DNA from: Chloroflexota bacterium
Lineage (GTDB): Bacteria > Chloroflexota > Anaerolineae > Aggregatilineales > Phototrophicaceae
Assembly: GCA_026706445.1 (NCBI GenBank)
Contig: JAPOYT010000174.1
Location: 5,445-69,444, forward strand
DNA length: 64,000 nt
Direction: 5' to 3'
In this document: positions 39,418 to 46,847 of the stretch, piece by piece
How the letters are laid out: each line of letters opens with the position of its first letter
How positions within the stretch are numbered: the first letter of the stretch is position 1
The notes under the pieces: model-generated
Told to the model about the DNA's origin: nothing
The model's input: the letters and a program-made list of their open reading frames with translations, nothing else
Database searches by the model: none
Program-made: the position numbers and the translations under genes

Positions 39418-40667
39418 TGCGCTGTCCCACCATCATCCCGCAAGGGAATGACCAAGTCTTTTCGGAAAGGCGTCAGCGATACAAGCTCGCCGTTCTCATC
39501 GACCACGAATAGATCTTCTACCCTTACGCCGAAGCCGCGCTCAGGATAATACAAGCCGGGTTCAATGGTCAAGATATTCCCAATTTGGCAGATGTCGTCA
39601 CGGCGCAGATGGCTGATTGACGGGCGCTCGTGGATATCGATTCCGACGCCGTGGCCCAAGCTGTGCACATAGCCAGCCATCGTACTCGGATCTGACCGCG
39701 TCGTCGGATGCCCCGCCCCTTCGAAATGGTCGAGCGCCGCCTCTTGCATGAGATGCGTTGGCTTGTTGAGACCAAAAGCCTCGATCGAAATATCAAAGGC
39801 TTCCATGACCGTGTCATACACGTCGCGGATTTCCGGCGGCGCATAGCCGATGCACCAGGTGCGCGTCATGTCATGGTGATAACCGCCGCCAAGCTCGCGC
39901 GGAAATAGATCAAAGACGATGGTCTGACCAACGCGCAAAGGCATGTCGGCTTCGCCACGACTATGCGGGAAGCCGGCATCGCGACCCTGCGCGAATATCA
40001 TGTCGGTATCTTCCAAGCCACGCGCCATCAGCTCGCGCCGCACCAAGTCTTTGATGTCGCCGATTGTCACGGGCTTGCCATTTTCATCCAGCAGGGACTC
40101 GCCAGCGCGCCGCAGATCGGCGATGAAATCCCAGGCGACCTCCATCACCGCGTTCGCGCGCTGCGCCACCGATTTCAATCGCGCGATCTCATCGGCGTCT
40201 TTTGTAAGCATCGCTTCTTCAATCAGTGTGCCCTCGGCTTCAGCCACAAACTCGAATTGAGACAAATCCGCGCGCAAAGCTTCGTAAAGCGCGATCGTCT
40301 TATTGACTTGCCAGGCGCCGTAAAGACCGATGCGTCCAGCGCTCAATCCCAGCCGTGATAGGACATCGGACCAGTGCAATGTCGTCGCCCTGATGCTATC
40401 GCCGTCGGCTTCCTTGTAGCGGTCATAGAATCCGAGTTCAACATCGGTCATCACTTCCAAGCCCGACTTCGCCGCCTCTTCCACTTCCATACGACTGCAA
40501 ACGAGCAGCGCCGGCTGGTCGATGACTTTGAAGATCGACCCATGCGTAATGCGCGCGCCGTTGCTCAGGTAGTAACGCGCCGTATTGAATTCTTCGCCGC
40601 CGGTCACGATGATGGCGTCCAGCTCTCGCTCGCGCATCAGCCGTTCAATGTCAGATTTCATGCGCAT
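39414..40667 (-). CDS. M24-family metallopeptidase (Xaa-Pro aminopeptidase/creatinase-like)
   Basis: 417 aa. Metal-ligand blocks: VFDLFPRELGGGYHHDMTRT, HSLGHGVGIDIHE, LTIEPGLY, VRVEDLFVV. It overlaps the FprA-like gene by 4 nt. Confidence 0.8.
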   Translation of the reverse strand: MRMKSDIERLMRERELDAIIVTGGEEFNTARYYLSNGARITHGSIFKVIDQPALLVCSRMEVEEAAKSGLEVMTDVELGFYDRYKEADGDSIRATTLHWSDVLSRLGLSAGRIGLYGAWQVNKTIALYEALRADLSQFEFVAEAEGTLIEEAMLTKDADEIARLKSVAQRANAVMEVAWDFIADLRRAGESLLDENGKPVTIGDIKDLVRRELMARGLEDTDMIFAQGRDAGFPHSRGEADMPLRVGQTIVFDLFPRELGGGYHHDMTRTWCIGYAPPEIRDVYDTVMEAFDISIEAFGLNKPTHLMQEAALDHFEGAGHPTTRSDPSTMAGYVHSLGHGVGIDIHERPSISHLRRDDICQIGNILTIEPGLYYPERGFGVRVEDLFVVDENGELVSLTPFRKDLVIPLRDDGGTAQ

Positions 40668-40748
40668 GCTCCATTTCGATTAAGATGGCAAAGACGCATG
40701 ATCGTTGGCGTCTGCGAGAATAAGTGTAACAGGGATTGCGGTCTGGTT

Positions 40749-42107
40749 TCAAACGATGGACTTCAGCGCCGCCAAAAGGTCAGTCTCCTGTTCGGGGAGA
40801 ACCGTACGCGGATCCAGCAAGACGCGGCCGTCGGCAATGCGTGCGATCACGGGCGGATTCGTTTGACGCAGCCGCTCCAGGGCGCGATTGGGTGATTCGC
40901 TCGCGAGAGCCAACAGAGCGGTGGGCAATGCTGTACCGGGCAGGCTGCCGCCGCCGACGGTCGATTCCCCGCCGACGACCGAACCGCCAACTTCCTCCGC
41001 CCACTTTTCCGCGGTCTCTCTGATATCATGTAGCGGGCGCGAAATCATCTGCCAGACGGGCGCCTTTTGCAAGGCTTCGCCGCGCCGATAATGCTCCAGG
41101 GTGGCGATCAGGGCGGCATAGGTGAGCTTGTCGACGCGCAAGGCGCGCGCCAAGGAATGTCGTTTGAGTTGCGACAGCAAATTGAGCTTGCCAAGGATTA
41201 TGCCCGCTTGCGGTCCGCCCAGCAGCTTGTCCCCACTGAAACAAACCAGGTCGGCGCCGGCGGCAAGGCTCTCTTGAACAGTCGGCTCATGATCCAAGCC
41301 AAATTGCGCCGTGTCGATCAGCGCTCCGCTGCCTAAATCGTCGACAGCCAAGACGCCACGGCTGCGCGCCAAAGCCGTCAATTCCGCGAGCGCTGGCTGC
41401 TCCACAAAGCCGATCTGCTTGAAATTCGAGGAGTGTACGCGGAGGATCATAGCCGAGCGGTCGGCAAGCGCCGCTTCATAATCCGAGATTCGCGTTCGAT
41501 TGGTCGCGCCAACTTCGACAAGCTTGGCGCCGCTCTCCCGCATGATCGCTGGAATGCGAAATCCGCCGCCGATTTCCACTAGCTGCCCGCGCGAGATGAC
41601 AACTTCGCGCTCCTTGGCTAGCGCGCTCAAGATCAAAATCAGGGCAGAGGCGTTGTTGTTGACCACCAGCGCGTCTTCAGCTCCGGTCAAATCACGCAGC
41701 ATTTGGCTGGCCTGCGCCAGTCGGCTGCCGCGCTTGCCGGTCGCCAAATCGAATTCCAGCGTGTTATAGGCCGCGGCCGCGCCAACCATCGCCTCTTGCG
41801 CGCTTTTGGACAAGAGCGCCCGACCAAGATTTGTATGGATGATTACGCCCGTTGCATTGATCAGCGATTTTAGAGACGAATCCTCTTCTCGCGCGAGGAA
41901 GTCCTCGATCCCGTTAATCAGCGCGCTCTCGCAAACGTCGCCCTGCGCCGAATCCAGTATCCGCTTGCGGGCATTATCAAGCTGCGACCGAATAGCCTCA
42001 ACCACTAGCTCGCGGCCGTACACCCGAATCTGTTCCTGTAAGGCGCTATGAGCAAGTAAGGAATCGACGGACGGCAGGCGCCGGAGCAGAGCCTGTCTAT
42101 CGTTCAT
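40749..42107 (-). CDS. selA: L-seryl-tRNA(Sec) selenium transferase
   Basis: 452 aa. Blocks: LRRLPSVDSLL, INATGVIIHTNLGRA, VNNNASA, SRGQLVEIGGGFRIP, HSSNF, FSGDKLLGGPQAGII (PLP lysine). Confidence 0.85.
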   Translation of the reverse strand: MNDRQALLRRLPSVDSLLAHSALQEQIRVYGRELVVEAIRSQLDNARKRILDSAQGDVCESALINGIEDFLAREEDSSLKSLINATGVIIHTNLGRALLSKSAQEAMVGAAAAYNTLEFDLATGKRGSRLAQASQMLRDLTGAEDALVVNNNASALILILSALAKEREVVISRGQLVEIGGGFRIPAIMRESGAKLVEVGATNRTRISDYEAALADRSAMILRVHSSNFKQIGFVEQPALAELTALARSRGVLAVDDLGSGALIDTAQFGLDHEPTVQESLAAGADLVCFSGDKLLGGPQAGIILGKLNLLSQLKRHSLARALRVDKLTYAALIATLEHYRRGEALQKAPVWQMISRPLHDIRETAEKWAEEVGGSVVGGESTVGGGSLPGTALPTALLALASESPNRALERLRQTNPPVIARIADGRVLLDPRTVLPEQETDLLAALKSIV

Positions 42108-42558
42108 TCGCCAGTTCCCGGTTGCGAAGGAAGGCTTCGATCACGACGAAAAGCAGAATCACAATTAGCATGATCGGCAGCGAAAGATAGCGCGGTATCA
42201 TGAGCCAAGCGCAGGTGACAACGATGATGCCGATCCATACGCTGCGCCTTACGACAAGACCGGTCAGCGGCGCCGGGTGATTGAGCCGCGCCAAGCGCTG
42301 ACTGAGCAGGCGCACGAATGGGATGGCAGTTCCGGTCACGGCGATCTGCAAGAGAATGAAGAACAGCCAGAGCTCGCCGCCGATCCGCGGACGCGTCGTA
42401 ACCGCCAGATGCGCCAACCCGCCCCAGCCCACGATGAACATCAGCAGCGAGGCGAGCAATACTCCTCTCTGTTCGCCATCAGCGCTGCGCTCCATTGGCG
42501 TAGTTAGTCCTTCGCGATTATCTCGGTTTGATTGATCTATGAGCATGTCTGACGGCAA
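42097..42558 (-). CDS. Small membrane protein (about 4 TM segments), hypothetical
   Basis: 153 aa with hydrophobic segments. It overlaps the selA start by 11 nt. No motif is recognised. Confidence 0.5.
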   Translation of the reverse strand: MPSDMLIDQSNRDNREGLTTPMERSADGEQRGVLLASLLMFIVGWGGLAHLAVTTRPRIGGELWLFFILLQIAVTGTAIPFVRLLSQRLARLNHPAPLTGLVVRRSVWIGIIVVTCAWLMIPRYLSLPIMLIVILLFVVIEAFLRNRELANER

Positions 42559-42664
42559 CTATTCCCGGTCTCAACGCTGCAAATGGCGGGTCGGTTCTAT
42601 CGTCGCTTCCGATATTGTAAGACGATTGTCCAAAGCGGACAGGCTGTGGGAAGGCGATTCCCAG

Positions 42665-43963
42665 TTACTGCAGCTGTTGCAGCAAAGCCTGCGTTTCGCC
42701 GGAGGGTTTGACGCCCAGCTTTCTCTTAAGCAGGCGCTCCAACACTGTATAATGTTGGCGGGCATCGGCGTTGCGACCAAGATTTATGTACATCTGCATC
42801 GCGCCTCGGTGGATATCTTCGCGCTGTGGCGCCTCTTTCAACGCCCGTGCGAAATACCCAAGCGCTTCCTCCCAAGCGCCTTGGCCCGTCTTTAAGCGCG
42901 CCATGCCAATTAATGCTTCCGCGTACATGGACTTCAGTTGATTACGGCGAGCCTCTACCCAGGGCAATCTGACCGGATGCAAGAAGGGCGCCTTATAGAT
43001 TTCGATGGCGCGAAGATATAGCAGTTCCCGTTCATGCGCGTCTTGGGACAGCAGCGCGCCCTCCATTGCCTGCTCGAAATCCGCCACATCATAGTGACGG
43101 ACGATTCTGTCGCTCGGCACATAAAAGCCGGTCGAATAACTGGTCAATTCATAATTGGCGCCATCGTCAACGTAGGCGGAAATCCGCTCGGTGATCTTGC
43201 GTTTGGTAACATGAAAGACGTTAGTCGCATCGCGTACCGATAATTTGGGCCAAAATATCTCGAAAATCTGATCGCGAGTGACTAGGGGATTGTCAATGAA
43301 GTAAAAGAACAAGTTGCGCGGCAAGGCGCCATCCCAACTGCTGATTTCTCGCCCGTTGGAGACGGCGTGCCCGCGCCCAAATGCGTAAACCTCCAGCTGT
43401 GGCTTAAGACTGCTCTGCTTGGCAAATAGCAAGTTGCTGCTGCGGTGCTCGGTACCCAAGACGACCACTTCGTCACGGTTCACCCAGCTAATCCAGGGAT
43501 CGTATGTTAGCAGGCGCGAGCTGATCACCAGTTGCGCCTTGGGGGGCAAGTTGGCAATCGCCGCATTCATAAACTGACGGAATTCTTCGTCTTGCGCAAT
43601 GCGGTCGAGCTCATCCAGGTACAAGACAACACGTTTAAGCGGCAGCGCTTCGATATCGGCAGCCAGCGCTTCGCCAAGTTCGGAAGCCGCGCCGCTTTCC
43701 AGGATGCGCTCCAAGATCTTTCCGAACTCCGGCGCTCCAATTCGGATTCCGTCACGAAGACCGCCAAGCCAGTGAGCCAAGCCGCTGGAATGTTCAGGCA
43801 AGCGGTAATAGAGTAAGCCTTCATCGCAATCATTGAGGAAATAGCTTAAGAATACATTTCTGTGGTTGGTCCACGGGTACAGAAGTATTACCTTCTTGCC
43901 CGCGGACGACTCCCGGAACGATTCGAAAGAAACACTAGTAACTACCTGCGACAACATCTCCAA
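42665..43963 (-). CDS. Transcriptional regulator with OmpR/PhoB-type winged helix + BTAD (SARP/AfsR-like) and an N-terminal NTPase-like domain lacking a Walker A motif
   Basis: 432 aa. The wHTH region is LEVYAFGRGHAVSNGREIS...LFFYFIDNPLVTRDQIFEIFWP. The BTAD region is EALIGMARLKTGQGAWEEALGYFARALKEAPQREDIHRGAMQMYINLGRNADARQHY. The N-terminal part has VVLYLDELD (Walker-B-like) but no GxxxxGK. Confidence 0.65.
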   Translation of the reverse strand: MEMLSQVVTSVSFESFRESSAGKKVILLYPWTNHRNVFLSYFLNDCDEGLLYYRLPEHSSGLAHWLGGLRDGIRIGAPEFGKILERILESGAASELGEALAADIEALPLKRVVLYLDELDRIAQDEEFRQFMNAAIANLPPKAQLVISSRLLTYDPWISWVNRDEVVVLGTEHRSSNLLFAKQSSLKPQLEVYAFGRGHAVSNGREISSWDGALPRNLFFYFIDNPLVTRDQIFEIFWPKLSVRDATNVFHVTKRKITERISAYVDDGANYELTSYSTGFYVPSDRIVRHYDVADFEQAMEGALLSQDAHERELLYLRAIEIYKAPFLHPVRLPWVEARRNQLKSMYAEALIGMARLKTGQGAWEEALGYFARALKEAPQREDIHRGAMQMYINLGRNADARQHYTVLERLLKRKLGVKPSGETQALLQQLQ

Positions 43964-44393
43964 TCCTCTCGAAGCGCATTAGTCCCCGTAACAGGAGAAT
44001 ACTTATGAAACAGATAATCGTAGCATATTACAATTTATGCCCAGTGGGCAGTCAGGATATGTTACCACAAATGTCCAAGCTGCCAAGCTATTCGTAGCAA
44101 TACCACAACCGCGCGCCGTTTGCAGTATAAGTGTCAGATCTCACTCGCAACTTAGTCAACCGGCGCGACAAATCGTATGCTTCTTGAGCAACTCAGATAG
44201 CTCCACATTGCCAAGACGAAGAAAACAAGAAAGGCATTGGCTGGACCACGCGAGCCGAATCTACAAGACCGCCCGAATCTTTTGCATGTTACGCGGCTCG
44301 TTGCTCGCTTCGCATTACGGCCACGGCCAATCTGGCATCCCCGCCAGCAACAGGGATCGACGCAGGCGGCGTCCTTTCGCTGTTTGCTTCGCG

Positions 44394-44918
44394 CTAGGCC
44401 TCTTCAATCAAGATTGATGTGATCTTATCGGCGACGATCGTGGGGTTCGGGCGCTGCGGATCGACGCGCTGCAGCGAATTAAGCACATCCAGGCTGGGCG
44501 CATCGGCTACTCGCCCAAAGACAGCGTGATTGCCATCGAGATGCGGCGTGGGGACGAAGGTAATGAAGAACTGCGAGCCATTCGTATTGGGACCGGCGTT
44601 GGCCATGCTCAGCGTGCCCGGCGCGTCGTGGGGGATAGCAAGCGCCGATGCCTCGTCGTCCCAGCGATAGCCGGGTCCGCCGCGGCCGCTGCCGGTCGGG
44701 TCGCCGCCCTGCGCCATGAAGCCGTCAAGCACGCGATGGAAGATGACGCCATCGTAGAAGCCGTCATTTGCCAGGAAGACAAAGTTGTTGACGGTGATCG
44801 GCGCGCGGTCGGCGAAGAGGTTGATGTTGATGGTGCCTTTGCTGGTGCGCATGATGGCGCGGTAGGTCTTGGTTGGGTCGATAGTCATGGCTGGCGGGCT
44901 GGCGTATTGCTTGGGCAT
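44394..44918 (-). CDS. Peptidylprolyl isomerase, cyclophilin type
   Basis: I place the start at Met39 of the listed ORF (AGGAG ribosome-binding site). Blocks: FHRVLDGFMAQGGDP, GTLSMANAGPNTNGSQFFI, HAVFGRV. Confidence 0.85.
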   Translation of the reverse strand: MPKQYASPPAMTIDPTKTYRAIMRTSKGTININLFADRAPITVNNFVFLANDGFYDGVIFHRVLDGFMAQGGDPTGSGRGGPGYRWDDEASALAIPHDAPGTLSMANAGPNTNGSQFFITFVPTPHLDGNHAVFGRVADAPSLDVLNSLQRVDPQRPNPTIVADKITSILIEEA

Positions 44919-45014
44919 GGGGTGGCTCCTGTTTGGGGTGGGGAAGTAATGGCGAGGGTAGCAGAGAACTCGTGGCCAATCCAGAGTTCGCTGGCCGACT
45001 CGGTCTACAAGCCG

Positions 45015-45042
45015 TTGGCAATGCGAGTTCATAAGCTATACT
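45015..45042 (+). promoter_or_regulatory. Putative sigma-70 promoter of the XRE-ImmA/DUF4411 module
   Basis: TTGGCA (45015-20), a 16-nt spacer, then TATACT (45037-42). A GAGGTGG ribosome-binding site and the ATG at 45069 follow. Confidence 0.5.
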
Positions 45043-45068
45043 ACTCTTGATTAGTTGAGGTGGAAATC

Positions 45069-46298
45069 ATGGTTACCGTAAATCATGAAAACCTTGAATG
45101 GGCACGTAATGCTGCCAAGTTAAGCATTGCAGATGCTGCCAAAAAACTTGGATTTACAAGTTCAAGCAGAAGCACAGCAACGGAAAAACTCCAGAAACTT
45201 GAAAACGGCGATAGACCCCCGACGCAGCCGCAATTGAGCAAAATGGCAAATGTGTACCGCGTACCGGTCGTTGCGTTCTATTTGGACTCTGAACCGCGGA
45301 AGAGTGACCTAGGTGAAGACTATCGTACGATTCCACAGCGGTCGGAAGACTCTGTTGCCAATGCCCATTTGGCAATCCTACTTAGTAACGTCAAGGCACG
45401 TCAGAGCATCACTCGAGATCTTCTTGAAGACGAAGACGCAGAGCCTCTCCGATTCGTATCCTCTGCTTCAACCAGAATGGGTGCTGACCGAGTCGCCAGC
45501 AGCATCGTCGAAACCATGGAGTTTAACCTTAAAGAATACCAGCGCCGGCCAAGCCAGCCGCGTGAAGCTTTCAATTATCTAAGATCCCGAATCCAATCAA
45601 TAGGGATATTCGTTCTTCTGATGAGCGACTTAGGTCATCCTCAGACTACGACAATTCCTGTTTCGGTTTTTCGTGGTTTCGCAATATCCGATGATATTGC
45701 TCCATACGTTGTTATCAATCGCAAGGATGATAAACGCGCACAGTCGTTTACTGCTTTGCATGAAGTGGCGCATCTTTGGCTGGGGACAAGTGGAATTACT
45801 GGTACGATAAATGAAACAAGCTCCAGTTTGGAACAGTTCTGTAATCGCGTTGCCGGTAGAATTCTCCTGCCCCGTCGTGAGCTTACAGCATTGTCCAAGA
45901 TGCATAATGACTCGTTCGACACCGCGCTAGATAGAATCACAGATTTTGCCCACTCAAAAAACCTGAGCCGGGCAATGGTAGCTTACAGTCTCAAGCTTGA
46001 AGATTACATCAGTCAAACTATGTGGTATCGGATCACTGAATGGCTGCTGCGTGACCACGCTCTACGCGAGCAACGCGAAAAGGAGCAGCGGGAACTTGAC
46101 AAGGCGCTCGGAAAAAGCACTCCAATTGACCCCAACGTGGTGAGGCGAAGTTCATTGGGCGAACCTCTGCTCAGCCTAGCGCGCCGTTCAGTTGCGAGCG
46201 GCGCTCTGACACCTACTAGAGCAAGCACATTGCTTGGCGTAAACCCACGTAAAGTAAGAACATTCCTAAATCCGGAACGATTGCGGCAGGAGGGCTAA
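45069..46298 (+). CDS. XRE-family HTH fused to an ImmA/IrrE (COG2856) zinc metallopeptidase domain
   Basis: The N-terminal HTH is LSIADAAKKLGFTS...QLSKMANVYRVPVVAF. The HExxH motif is ALHEVAHLWLG, preceded by FRGFAISDDIAPYVVINR. GC content is visibly lower than in the flanks. An alternative GTG start exists at 45060. Confidence 0.75.
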   Translation: MVTVNHENLEWARNAAKLSIADAAKKLGFTSSSRSTATEKLQKLENGDRPPTQPQLSKMANVYRVPVVAFYLDSEPRKSDLGEDYRTIPQRSEDSVANAHLAILLSNVKARQSITRDLLEDEDAEPLRFVSSASTRMGADRVASSIVETMEFNLKEYQRRPSQPREAFNYLRSRIQSIGIFVLLMSDLGHPQTTTIPVSVFRGFAISDDIAPYVVINRKDDKRAQSFTALHEVAHLWLGTSGITGTINETSSSLEQFCNRVAGRILLPRRELTALSKMHNDSFDTALDRITDFAHSKNLSRAMVAYSLKLEDYISQTMWYRITEWLLRDHALREQREKEQRELDKALGKSTPIDPNVVRRSSLGEPLLSLARRSVASGALTPTRASTLLGVNPRKVRTFLNPERLRQEG

Positions 46299-46826
46299 GT
46301 GCTCTACCTCTTGGACGCTAATGTGCTCATAACGGCACACGATGATTACTATCCAATTGACCGAATTCCGCAATTCTGGGAATGGATCATTGATAATACC
46401 AAGCAGGGTCACCTAAAGATGCCGTTTGAGATGATAGCCGAAGTTAAAGCCGGTCAACCAAAGAGAGATGCCGAAAATCAGGACGACGAACTATTGAGAT
46501 GGCTAAGAATTAACAATCATGAGAAGGAATTGCAGCTTGACGCAAGCGCTGATCAAGTGGAGGTGAATAGAGTCTTCAAAGACGGATACGAACTTCCGAC
46601 GCCATCTTTAGACGAGCTGAACAAGATTCGTAAGGATCCCTTACTTATCTCATACGCCTTGGGAGGACAACGCACTACTATCGTGACGCTGGAAGCAAAG
46701 CAAGAAAATGCAACCGACGAAATGAAAAAACATAAGCGAAAGATTCCGTTCGTTTGTCGAAAGCTAGGCATCCGCTGCATTGACACTTTCGATCTTATAC
46801 GGGAACTTGATTTCCGGATTACCTAG
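46299..46826 (+). CDS. DUF4411-family PIN-like nuclease
   Basis: 175 aa. The start codon immediately follows the upstream stop. The N-terminus is LYLLDANVLITAHDDYYPIDRIPQFWEWI, and the C-terminal part contains KIPFVCRKLGIRCIDTFDLIREL. Confidence 0.7.
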   Translation: MLYLLDANVLITAHDDYYPIDRIPQFWEWIIDNTKQGHLKMPFEMIAEVKAGQPKRDAENQDDELLRWLRINNHEKELQLDASADQVEVNRVFKDGYELPTPSLDELNKIRKDPLLISYALGGQRTTIVTLEAKQENATDEMKKHKRKIPFVCRKLGIRCIDTFDLIRELDFRIT

Positions 46827-46847
46827 CCGAACCAAGTCGAGTACCCA

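Noticed and set aside
40668-44393. Search for tRNA-Sec (selC) or SECIS-like elements around selA
   Set aside because: No segment folds into a tRNA with a TCA anticodon and a long variable arm. The only hairpins are short (40692-40713, 44358-44372) and look like weak terminators.
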